From an uncultured virus (IMG/VR IMGVR_UViG_3300009071_002060) (taxonomy: Duplodnaviria; Heunggongvirae; Uroviricota; Caudoviricetes): 64,000 nt of DNA. Where the stretch lies: the IMG/VR virus record IMGVR_UViG_3300009071_002060, positions 1-64,000 of that record, one strand, 5' to 3'. Both the position numbers and the translations under genes were made by a program. The notes beneath the pieces were generated by a model that searched no databases, had not been told where the DNA came from, and saw only the letters and a program-made list of their open reading frames with translations. Positions 36,719 to 46,035 of the stretch are shown one piece after another (the first letter of the stretch is position 1; each line of letters starts with the position of its first letter).

Positions 36719-38083
36719 ATGGCTGTTATACAAATTTCAAGAATCCAAGTCAGACGTGGATTGCATGACAACTTACCTAGTTTAGCTAGTGCTGAAATGG
36801 GTTGGAGTTTAGACACACGTAGACTTTTCATTGGCAACGGAACGGCAACTGAAGGTGCTCCCGTTATTGGTCGTACTGAGGTTTTAACTGAGCATAGTGA
36901 TATTCTTGCACTTGTAGATATTTTTAGTTTTAAAGCACTACCTGCAGGATTCGTTGCTAACACAGGACCAAACAATACAGAATTTACACGAAGTCTACAA
37001 GAAAAACTTGATGACTTTGTAAATGTACGTGACTTTGGTGCAAAAGGTGACGGCGTCACAGATGATACCGCTTCTATTACAAGAGCATTAATTAATACTT
37101 TTGGTTATACAAGTACCTACCCTGGTATTAGTACTAGACGAACAATTTATTTCCCAAGTGGAAAGTATCTAGTCTCTGCCGCAATTAACGTTCCTCCATT
37201 TATTAACATTGTTGGTGACACTGCTGATAGCACACTAATATTTACAGAAACTTCAAGTACTATTGCAACAGTTTTCCAACTAGTAGACAATAACTCAAAC
37301 CTTGCAAGTTCATTTGGTGATGCTCTTGGAACTATTACCACACGTGGAAGAGATTATACTTTTAGGAATATTGGAATACAACATGCAGGTGCCGCAATTA
37401 GTCCTTGTGTATTAATTGCTGGTGGTGAAAAGATCCTATTTGATAATTGTAAATTCTTAGGACCAGCCGCTAGTACAGTCGATCCTGCAACTACTCACTC
37501 AGCAATATTTGTTCAGAACAATACAAACAACGCTGGATTTAAAGCAAACAATATTAAAGTTATTAATTGTGAATTTGAAAATCATGGGTATGGTATTGAA
37601 ACACTCAGTACTGTTGACAACTTGGTTGTATCAGGAACCAAGTTTAAAAATGTTTGGTTAGGAACAGTACTAAGTGCAGACACTACAAACTACACATTAG
37701 AAAACAATTCATCAGAAAGTGTTGATGGCGAAACAGCCGCATCACAAACATTTATCGAATCCCGTGGCGCAAAGAAAACAAGCTCTACCTTAACTAAAAC
37801 GATTGCACAGAATACAACTGGCACGTTTACTGAGGTTGATTTTCTTGATGATTACAATCATATTACAATAGAATATGTATGCACAGTTGGAACTAATAAG
37901 AAAATTGGAAAGTTTAGAGCAGTGGGCACAGGCTCTGCTTATAATTTTGAAGATGATTTTATTTCAACAGCTGATCTAAATGTAGAATTTGAGGTCAATA
38001 CTACAACTGGAGTAATTACATATAATACAACAGGTGCAACAGGGGATGCCACTCTCACTTATTCAATTGAGTTTCATGCATAA
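36719..38083 (+). CDS. virion protein with a pectate-lyase-like beta-helix (tailspike-like)
   Basis: IQVRRG..L..AEMGW..DTRRLFIG N-domain; VNVRDFGAKGDGVTDDT...IYFPSGKY. Confidence 0.75.
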   Translation: MAVIQISRIQVRRGLHDNLPSLASAEMGWSLDTRRLFIGNGTATEGAPVIGRTEVLTEHSDILALVDIFSFKALPAGFVANTGPNNTEFTRSLQEKLDDFVNVRDFGAKGDGVTDDTASITRALINTFGYTSTYPGISTRRTIYFPSGKYLVSAAINVPPFINIVGDTADSTLIFTETSSTIATVFQLVDNNSNLASSFGDALGTITTRGRDYTFRNIGIQHAGAAISPCVLIAGGEKILFDNCKFLGPAASTVDPATTHSAIFVQNNTNNAGFKANNIKVINCEFENHGYGIETLSTVDNLVVSGTKFKNVWLGTVLSADTTNYTLENNSSESVDGETAASQTFIESRGAKKTSSTLTKTIAQNTTGTFTEVDFLDDYNHITIEYVCTVGTNKKIGKFRAVGTGSAYNFEDDFISTADLNVEFEVNTTTGVITYNTTGATGDATLTYSIEFHA

Positions 38084-38121
38084 TTAAATCCTCATTGCTC
38101 ATAGTATAATGAGTATAGACA

Positions 38122-38568
38122 ATGTGGAAGCTACGTGACCCAAATCAACGTTTGTTGAACTGGAAACAATTTAGAAAAAGATTAAACGGACTCGATCTTG
38201 AGACGGCGCTTCAGGAAACTGTTGACTATTGGTGCTCACCGCCGTGGGCACCTTTTTACTTAGACGAAGAGGATCCAAACTCATGGCCGGCACCATGGGA
38301 TCTAATTGTTGACAATTATTTTTGTGATATTGCAAAAGCATTAGGCATGGTATATACAATTTACTTAACTGATCACCAGCCTGATATAAAATTAAATATC
38401 TACCGAGAGCCGGATACGGGCTGTAATCTAGCATTGGTGGTTATCAACAGGAAATATGTTCTTAATATGAATTCTGGACAAGTATTAAATAGACAATACA
38501 TAGAAGATAGTTTACAATTAAGATACACGTACAACGTCAAAGAACTAAATCTAGAAAAGTATATATAG
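38122..38568 (+). CDS. hypothetical protein
   Basis: 148 aa ORF preceding nrdA. Confidence 0.75.
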   Translation: MWKLRDPNQRLLNWKQFRKRLNGLDLETALQETVDYWCSPPWAPFYLDEEDPNSWPAPWDLIVDNYFCDIAKALGMVYTIYLTDHQPDIKLNIYREPDTGCNLALVVINRKYVLNMNSGQVLNRQYIEDSLQLRYTYNVKELNLEKYI

Positions 38569-38576
38569 GAGATTCA

Positions 38577-40898
38577 ATGAGCCAAATTCAAGTAACAAAA
38601 AGAGATAACAGGAAAGAATCTCTTGATTTAGAAAAATTACACAAGGTTGTTTTCTGGGCAACTGAAAATATTAACGGTGTTAGTGCCAGTCAAGTTGAAA
38701 TTAAAAGCCATATTTCATTTTATAACGGAATTTCTACATATGAAATACAGGAAACTCTTATTAAGAGTGCCGCTGATTTAATTAGCGAAGACACGCCAAA
38801 CTACCAATGGGTGGCAGGGCGACTTTTAGCATATCATATTCACAAGCAAGTCTTTGGAGCATTTGGTTCACCTGATTCATTATTAGATGTAGTAAAACGA
38901 AATGTTAAATCTGGCTTTTATACAGAAGAATTATTAGAAAAATATACAGAAGAAGAGTTCAATCAAATGAACTCTTTTTTAGATCATACTAAAGATGAAT
39001 CCTTTACGTATACAGCCATGGAACAATGGCGCGGCAAGTATCTAGTACAAAATCGTGTAACAAACGAAATATTTGAAACTCCACAAATAGCATATATAAT
39101 GATAGCCGCAACATTGTTTGCTGAGTACCCACAAGAAACACGTATGAAATGGGTAAAGGATTATTATGAAGCTATCAGCAATTTTGATATTAGTTTACCC
39201 ACTCCTGTTATGGCTGGTGTTCGAACACCGCAAAAACAGTTTTCGTCATGTGTCCTTATTGAGACCGACGATAGTCTTGATAGCATCAACGCCACTACTA
39301 GTAGTATAGTTAAGTATGTCAGTCAAAAAGCTGGTATTGGCGTTGGTGCTGGACGTATTCGTGCATTAGGCAGTCCTATTCGCAATGGTGATGCATACCA
39401 CACTGGTGTTATCCCGTTTTATAAAATGTTTCAAAGTGCAACTCGTTCTTGTTCACAAGGTGGTGTACGCAACGGTGCCGCAACATTGTATTACCCAATT
39501 TGGCACTATGAAGTCGAAGACCTACTTGTTTTAAAGAATAATAAAGGCACAGAGGATAATAGAGTACGCCACATGGATTATGGGGTTCAATTCAACAAAT
39601 TAATGTACGAAAGACTCATCTCTGGTGGTAATATTACATTGTTTTCACCCCATGACGTGCCTGAATTATACGAGGCGTTCTATAATAACCAAGACAGATT
39701 TACTGAGCTATACGAAATAGCAGAACGTAATACACGCCTTCGTAAAAAGACTATGCGAGCAAGTGAGTTGTTTGGATCGTTTATGGAAGAACGTAAAATC
39801 ACTGGACGTATCTACTTGCAGAATGTAGATCATGCAAACACACATAGCCCATTTAAAGAAGAAATTGCACCTATTAAAATGAGCAACTTATGTTGTGAAA
39901 TTGATTTACCAACAGTGCCATTAAAAGATGTAAACGACGAACTGGGTCGTATTGCATTATGCACATTATCAGCAATTAACTTTGGTAATATATCAAAGCC
40001 TGAGGACTTTGAAAAAATGTGTACGTTAGCAGTACGTGGTTTAGATGCACTATTAACATATCAGAACTATCCTATTAAAGCCGCAGAATTAGCAACTAGA
40101 GAATATAGGCCACTTGGTATTGGTATTATTAACCTAGCATACTTTTTAGCACGCCAAGGACTTTCTTATAGCGATCCAAGTGCTCTTCCCGTTATTGATG
40201 AATACATGGAAGCCTGGAGTTATTATCTTATTAAGGCTAGTGCTGATCTCGCCGTTGAGCATGGTCCATGTGAAGGTTGGAAAAATCTAAAGAGTGCTGA
40301 TGGTATTCTGCCAATTGACACATACAAAAAAGAAGTTGATGAACTAGTAGCTCACAAAGAACGTATGCCTTGGAAGAGTCTGCGTAAACAAATACAAGAA
40401 ACTGGACAACGTAATGCTACATTGATGGCTATCATGCCTGCAGAAACATCAGCACAAATTAGTAATGCTACAAATGGTATTGAACCTCCTCGTGCATTGG
40501 TAAGTGTTAAGCAAAGCAAACATGGAGCATTAAGGCAGGTTGTGCCAGGTTATTGGAAGTTAAGGACTAAGTACGAACTACTATGGGATCAGACTAGTCC
40601 ACAAGGTTATTTAAAAATTTGTGCAGTTATGCAGAAGTATATTGATCAGGGAATGAGTGTAAATACAAGTTACAACCCACAGCATTACGAAGACGAAAAG
40701 ATTCCGATGAGTACAATGCTTGGTGATATACTGCTTAGTTACAAGTACGGTATTAAGCAACTATACTATTTTAATACATACGATGGCCAAGGCGAAATTG
40801 ATATTAATAGTATGGTAGGACAGATCAAAGAACAAGATCTTAAACAAGTAGAACTAGAACCAATCATTGAAGAAGATTGCGATAGTTGCGTAATTTAG
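38577..40898 (+). CDS. nrdA: ribonucleotide reductase class Ia alpha subunit
   Basis: N-terminal ATP cone (VTKRD), QFSSCVL, SNLCCEI, MPAETS, C-terminal CDSC. Confidence 0.97.
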   Translation: MSQIQVTKRDNRKESLDLEKLHKVVFWATENINGVSASQVEIKSHISFYNGISTYEIQETLIKSAADLISEDTPNYQWVAGRLLAYHIHKQVFGAFGSPDSLLDVVKRNVKSGFYTEELLEKYTEEEFNQMNSFLDHTKDESFTYTAMEQWRGKYLVQNRVTNEIFETPQIAYIMIAATLFAEYPQETRMKWVKDYYEAISNFDISLPTPVMAGVRTPQKQFSSCVLIETDDSLDSINATTSSIVKYVSQKAGIGVGAGRIRALGSPIRNGDAYHTGVIPFYKMFQSATRSCSQGGVRNGAATLYYPIWHYEVEDLLVLKNNKGTEDNRVRHMDYGVQFNKLMYERLISGGNITLFSPHDVPELYEAFYNNQDRFTELYEIAERNTRLRKKTMRASELFGSFMEERKITGRIYLQNVDHANTHSPFKEEIAPIKMSNLCCEIDLPTVPLKDVNDELGRIALCTLSAINFGNISKPEDFEKMCTLAVRGLDALLTYQNYPIKAAELATREYRPLGIGIINLAYFLARQGLSYSDPSALPVIDEYMEAWSYYLIKASADLAVEHGPCEGWKNLKSADGILPIDTYKKEVDELVAHKERMPWKSLRKQIQETGQRNATLMAIMPAETSAQISNATNGIEPPRALVSVKQSKHGALRQVVPGYWKLRTKYELLWDQTSPQGYLKICAVMQKYIDQGMSVNTSYNPQHYEDEKIPMSTMLGDILLSYKYGIKQLYYFNTYDGQGEIDINSMVGQIKEQDLKQVELEPIIEEDCDSCVI

Positions 40899-40914
40899 AT
40901 AAGAAAGTAAAAAA

Positions 40915-42039
40915 ATGTCAGTATTTAATTCTAAAAAAATTGACCAAACAAAGTGTTTGGCATTCCTGGATAAATCAGGTGGAGCCAGCATTCAACGTTA
41001 TGACCAGTTAAAGTATAAGCAATTTGATAAACTAACTGAAAAGCAGTTGGGTTTTTTTTGGAGACCTGAAGAAGTAGATATTGGTCGTGACAGTAAAGAC
41101 TTTAAAGAGTTAACCGATCACGAAAGACATATTTTTACTAGTAATCTTAAAAGACAAATCTTGCTAGATTCAGTACAAGGTCGCAGTCCTAACTTAGCAT
41201 TACTTCCAATTGTTACTATTCCAGAACTTGAAACATTTATTGAAACATGGGCATTCAATGAAACTATTCATAGTAGAAGTTATACACATATTATTAGAAA
41301 CGTATATTCTAATCCTAGCGAAGTTTTTGATTCAATGTTGGATATTCAGGAAATTGTTGATTGTGCAACTGACATCAGTACCAATTATGATTCTCTTATT
41401 GAAAGTGTAAATCTTTACAATTTGTTTGGTGTAGGCACACATACACTTAACGGAAAGAAAGTTACTGTTGATTTGTATGATATCAAAAAGAAACTATTTT
41501 TAGCTATTACAAGTATTAACGCATTAGAAGGTTTGCGTTTCTATGTGAGTTTTGCATGTAGTTGGGCATTTGCCGAACTTAAGAAGATGGAAGGCAATGC
41601 AAAAATTATCAAGTTTATTGCACGTGATGAAAATGTACATCTTGCCGCTACACAAACATTACTTAAACTACTTCCGCAAGACGACAAAGATTTTATTAAA
41701 ATACGTAAAGAAACAGAAGAAGATTGTAAAGCCATTTATTTTTCCGCCGCTCAGCAAGAAAAAGAATGGGCAAAGTATTTGTTTTCAGGCGGGTCAATGA
41801 TTGGTTTAAACGAAGTATTATTAGGCCAATATGTTGATTGGTTACTATGCAAACGTATGACAGCAGTTGGACTTGATTGTGGCTTTAAGCCAGGTAGTAA
41901 TCCGTTACCATGGACGCAGAAATGGATTGCAGGTGGTAATGTACAAGTTGCTCCCCAAGAAACAGAAATTTCCAGTTATATCGTCGGCGGTACTAAACAA
42001 GATATAACAGATAACACATTTAGCGGAATTACATTATAA
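40915..42039 (+). CDS. nrdB: ribonucleotide reductase class Ia beta subunit
   Basis: FFWRPEE, LLDSVQGR, ETIHSRSY, EGLRFY, RDENVH, VAPQETE. Confidence 0.97.
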   Translation: MSVFNSKKIDQTKCLAFLDKSGGASIQRYDQLKYKQFDKLTEKQLGFFWRPEEVDIGRDSKDFKELTDHERHIFTSNLKRQILLDSVQGRSPNLALLPIVTIPELETFIETWAFNETIHSRSYTHIIRNVYSNPSEVFDSMLDIQEIVDCATDISTNYDSLIESVNLYNLFGVGTHTLNGKKVTVDLYDIKKKLFLAITSINALEGLRFYVSFACSWAFAELKKMEGNAKIIKFIARDENVHLAATQTLLKLLPQDDKDFIKIRKETEEDCKAIYFSAAQQEKEWAKYLFSGGSMIGLNEVLLGQYVDWLLCKRMTAVGLDCGFKPGSNPLPWTQKWIAGGNVQVAPQETEISSYIVGGTKQDITDNTFSGITL

Positions 42040-42069
42040 TAAATAATGTAAGCTAAAGGAAATGGAATA

Positions 42070-42315
42070 ATGATCAAAGTTTACACAAAACCTTTGTGCC
42101 CATATTGCGATATGGCAAAGGATTATCTACAAACACAAGCAGTTATATTTGAAGAAATTAATGTTATGGAGGATAGTGATGCCCTTTCTTTTATTAAAGG
42201 TAAGGGACATCGTACAGTACCACAAATTTACAACGAAGATGAACTGTTGGTTGAAGGTGGATACACTGGACTTGTTAAATTAGGCAGAGAGGGCTTATTA
42301 GAGGCAATTGGATAA
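42070..42315 (+). CDS. glutaredoxin
   Basis: CPYC, RTVPQI, GGY. Confidence 0.9.
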   Translation: MIKVYTKPLCPYCDMAKDYLQTQAVIFEEINVMEDSDALSFIKGKGHRTVPQIYNEDELLVEGGYTGLVKLGREGLLEAIG

Positions 42316-42632
42316 TGACCGCCTACGAGTCCATAGAGACAAAAACGTATAAAATAATGACTTCGTTAAAAGAAGGTGTACATCTTAAGTCTAGTAAAGA
42401 GAGAAAAGAAGAGTTAGCAGAATTAGGATTTAATGTAGAGGTTGATATGCGTATAGGTATGCTGTATACACTCGAGTGTGAATCGAATAAAGTTGAGGCT
42501 ATAGCAAAAGCATTAATAAGTCCAACAATGGAAGACTACTTTATTACTGAAGTTAAAAAAGAGTTTGATACACTAGAAGAAGTTGCGTATGTTAATGTTG
42601 ATAAGCAGTATAAGATAGAGATGATAAAATGA
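42315..42632 (+). CDS. purS: divergent PurS-like protein
   Basis: LKEGV...LGF...RIG...LISPTMEDY aligns by eye with PurS LKxGVLDP..LGF..RxGK..LxNPxIEDY; the DP motif is missing. Confidence 0.5.
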   Translation: MTAYESIETKTYKIMTSLKEGVHLKSSKERKEELAELGFNVEVDMRIGMLYTLECESNKVEAIAKALISPTMEDYFITEVKKEFDTLEEVAYVNVDKQYKIEMIK

Positions 42633-42919
42633 CCGCAGTACATAGAGATACTGACGCAAGAGTTTGTGGGGCCGCTACTACCGTTGTTGGAAATAGGACT
42701 GTTAAAGTTAATGGTCTTCTTGCTAGTGTCAATGATGACCCAAATAGTCATGGCGGCGGAGCCATTAGTGCAAGTACTGCTAGAGTATTTGTTGAAGGTA
42801 AGATGCTAGTTGAAGTTGGAGATGCCGCCGCACCAGATGGATTATGCCCACCAGTTGGTGGCGCTCATTGTGCTCCAGCAACAGCCAGCGGAAGCCCAGA
42901 CGTCGTTGTCGGATCATAA
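42629..42919 (+). CDS. PAAR spike-tip protein (gp5.4-like)
   Basis: AVHRDTD..CGA, VKVNG, VFVEGK, ASGSPDV with Cys/His ligands. Confidence 0.85.
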   Translation: MTAVHRDTDARVCGAATTVVGNRTVKVNGLLASVNDDPNSHGGGAISASTARVFVEGKMLVEVGDAAAPDGLCPPVGGAHCAPATASGSPDVVVGS

Positions 42920-42956
42920 TAATAACCCAACATTTAAGTAAGCGGTAAATAGTAGT

Positions 42957-44963
42957 ATGACTATTACGCCCACAGTATTAATTGCCGCCAATGGCATACT
43001 TAACGACCAAGCATTTGGAGTAAATTCTGATTTTGGCACAGAAGTATTTGACCTACAAGACTATGTTGTTAGTAACGTTGCTGGAACACAAAACACTAGT
43101 ATATTAAATGCACTTCTAGTACTCAAAGAAAATTGGGAAACTGAAGTTATGACTGATGCAACGGATAGAGATGCATTGTGGGCATTAATTGAAAATTATA
43201 AATTTTTACGTGGCAATCGTACTACTAAAACAGAATCACTAACAGCATCAAGTATTCGTGTAACTGATCCTAAATGGGTATGTGACAAGTACAACGACAT
43301 ACATGTATTATTTAATGCTAGTGCAAACAAAACATTTAAAGTAAATTATCTAATGCAACAGTTTGAACCTGTTGTTACGTCAAGCGAAAAAACACATATT
43401 TCACTTGCTAAGTTTAAAGATGCTGAATGGGACGACATTAGTTTAGATGTTAAATCACATGATGAAATTGCAAACAACGGTCTTGTAAGATTACTATTAA
43501 CTGGCAGTGATGTTCAAATTGACAATATCAATTTACTTAAACAAAATTTACGTGTAGCTGAACGCCTTGATGATGTAGCCGGTAGAAGACTTGCTGTATT
43601 AAGCAAAGCACTAAGAGATCTTGGACAGTTATTTGACGCTAAAGATTTGGCCAACATGGGCCTAGCTAAAACATTAATTGAAAATATGTACAGTCTTGGT
43701 TTAAGTCAAATTGGTGCGTTACATAAAAAAGTATTAGCATTAGAAGTTAATTCGCTTGATGATATAAAAGAAATATACTTGGTAGATATCCTTAGAGAAA
43801 TTACAGGCAAAGCACTTGATGAAATAATTGAGCGTACTGGAGTTGTTCTACCAGATCCAGCTAAAGTTAAAACACTAGCAGATCTTTTAAAACAAGAAAA
43901 TCTGTTTAGTAAAGAAGTCTTAGATGAATTGCCAAACGGAACACTTACAGGATTGGCGTCAGTACTAGAAAAGATACCAGGTAACTTTGAAACCTTAACA
44001 CAAGTATCTGATATGCTTGACGGAGTTGAGATACCTATATTAACCAATTTAACAGCAGAAGCATCACCGTTGCCTGCAACAGATTATGATGCAATTTTAA
44101 GTAAAACACCAAAAGGATCTGGTGTGGTTAACAATGTAATATTGCCAGACATGTTCTGCCCAATCACTGGAACTAACATATACACTGCTATTAAAATATT
44201 CAACAAGTTCAATGAAGCAGTTGAAAATTTGCTTGGCGCCGCCAGTATATATTCATTGTCAGCAGTTAATCAAGCATCACAAACAACCGACACCTGGCGT
44301 AACAACTGGATAACAGCATTAAACTCTATTACAACTTCTACTTCTTGTATTTACTGGCTAAATCGTTGCGAAGAAGAATACGCTGAATTTTATAGACAAA
44401 CTAGTGTTACTGATAGTGTTTTTAAAGCCTTTTTTGGAACCAGCGAAAGCCTATTAAGTGAATGGTCTGGTTGGGAAGACTCAAACAACCCAAGCGGTGC
44501 AACAACATATGACAATCCAGACGGTAATACAGATAGCTCATATGCAAGTTCTAGTAGATTGGTTAACAGTTTACATCAATTTGGAGTTGATACCGGAAAC
44601 TTGGGCTACAGAGAAACTTTTGAAAAATTAGCAAAAAATAATCGTTTTGGAGACGCTATACGTTCTGCGTTGTCTGAAGGCAAAATGGCTGTCATTGAAG
44701 CACGTAATGGAAATACTCTAGTAGGAACATTCAATGAAACTGAATTTCGTGCAGGCCTTGCAAAAGAGGCACTAATTGAAGCAACTGAAAAACGTAAAAA
44801 AGCACGTATTGAATTAGATAAAATGATTGATGATATTGCTAAAGGAATAACAGTAGATAGTGACTTGCAAGATATTATTCGTATGCGAGTTGAAAGTACA
44901 GTTAATAAAGAACGTGAACTTGCATCAGTTGCAGGTGTAAAAATTAATCCATTTTTGAAATAA
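42957..44963 (+). CDS. large hypothetical, probably structural
   Basis: 668 aa, follows PAAR; TAAATA 5 nt before the ATG. Confidence 0.75.
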   Translation: MTITPTVLIAANGILNDQAFGVNSDFGTEVFDLQDYVVSNVAGTQNTSILNALLVLKENWETEVMTDATDRDALWALIENYKFLRGNRTTKTESLTASSIRVTDPKWVCDKYNDIHVLFNASANKTFKVNYLMQQFEPVVTSSEKTHISLAKFKDAEWDDISLDVKSHDEIANNGLVRLLLTGSDVQIDNINLLKQNLRVAERLDDVAGRRLAVLSKALRDLGQLFDAKDLANMGLAKTLIENMYSLGLSQIGALHKKVLALEVNSLDDIKEIYLVDILREITGKALDEIIERTGVVLPDPAKVKTLADLLKQENLFSKEVLDELPNGTLTGLASVLEKIPGNFETLTQVSDMLDGVEIPILTNLTAEASPLPATDYDAILSKTPKGSGVVNNVILPDMFCPITGTNIYTAIKIFNKFNEAVENLLGAASIYSLSAVNQASQTTDTWRNNWITALNSITTSTSCIYWLNRCEEEYAEFYRQTSVTDSVFKAFFGTSESLLSEWSGWEDSNNPSGATTYDNPDGNTDSSYASSSRLVNSLHQFGVDTGNLGYRETFEKLAKNNRFGDAIRSALSEGKMAVIEARNGNTLVGTFNETEFRAGLAKEALIEATEKRKKARIELDKMIDDIAKGITVDSDLQDIIRMRVESTVNKERELASVAGVKINPFLK

Positions 44964-45621
44964 ACTGATATACCTTTTTAAGTAATCTTTTTACAACTGG
45001 ATGGTCAGTTTTCCAATCAAACATAGCAAAGTATGCCATTAAGTTGGGACTTAAAAACTTACCCATATCATCTTTAAAACTAGCGGCTTTCCCTGCCATT
45101 CGTAGTAATTGTAGAGCTCCATCTTTGTCTGCTTTACGCACAAGTTCATCTGCAATGTTCATTGCGTATGCTTCAATTTCGTCCGGACGAGTCATGTACT
45201 CGTAATTTGAGTCACGTTGGTCGTATCCATCTCTGCCATCAACAAAGTCTCTGCCACTATATTGTTGAGCATGTAATAGTTCATGTTTAACAGCATCAGA
45301 TAATTCGTTTATAAAATATTCTTTACCTTCGTCAGTCCAGTCTACTGTTTTGTCTTTGCTATTAAAAATTAAAGCAAGTTCAATAAACTCGTCTGCACCA
45401 TCTTCATGATCCTCTGGTTCATAATAAGCACTCAATGCCATTTCGCCACTTGGTACTTCATTTGAGTTGTGTATAACAACACGAAATTGTTCACCTGTTT
45501 CGTCAAGTAGTACTTTTCTGATAATTTTGATAATTTGAGATCGTGATTGTCCAGGCTGTAACAGGCTATACAGTTTGGATAAATTGAACTTCTTTTGGGC
45601 AGTAATCTCGTTGACTTTCAT
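44944..45621 (-). CDS. zincin-motif metallopeptidase-like protein
   Basis: KHELLHAQQ then EIEAYA; start MKVNEIT with TAAATA 5 nt upstream. Confidence 0.7.
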   Translation of the reverse strand: MKVNEITAQKKFNLSKLYSLLQPGQSRSQIIKIIRKVLLDETGEQFRVVIHNSNEVPSGEMALSAYYEPEDHEDGADEFIELALIFNSKDKTVDWTDEGKEYFINELSDAVKHELLHAQQYSGRDFVDGRDGYDQRDSNYEYMTRPDEIEAYAMNIADELVRKADKDGALQLLRMAGKAASFKDDMGKFLSPNLMAYFAMFDWKTDHPVVKRLLKKVYQFISKMD

Positions 45622-45781
45622 AGTTGTATTTAGTATAATCAATATAAGACTTTAAACTCAGAGATGTCTGGCACGGTAAATACGTACAGTTCCAGCTCAG
45701 ATTATTGTGCTGGAATTATGACTTAATAATGCGGAAGGTGAATAAACTAAAAAATAAATCGTAAACATAGGAGATTCAGAA

Positions 45782-46015
45782 ATGTCTTACTTTGAAAATA
45801 AAGCAAGTAAACAAAGCGGTCGTGTAGACGATCTGTTAAATGAAGAAGTCCAAGATGAAGATTTTGTTTTTATTGTTGATGGAGTTACTGGAGAATTAAA
45901 AAGTGTGTTTTGCCCACAGTTACCGGATAATACACAAGTAAACAGTACCATCATCCGAACATTAAATGTGTTTGGAATCAACGAGCTCGGCGGTCAACCT
46001 AAAACTGTACATTAA
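45782..46015 (+). CDS. hypothetical protein
   Basis: 77 aa, AGGAG SD. Confidence 0.7.
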   Translation: MSYFENKASKQSGRVDDLLNEEVQDEDFVFIVDGVTGELKSVFCPQLPDNTQVNSTIIRTLNVFGINELGGQPKTVH

Positions 46016-46035
46016 TTTTAAGGAGAAAAAATTAT

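Noticed and set aside
38577..42039. Introns or inteins in nrdA/nrdB
   Set aside because: Both ORFs are continuous and of normal class Ia length
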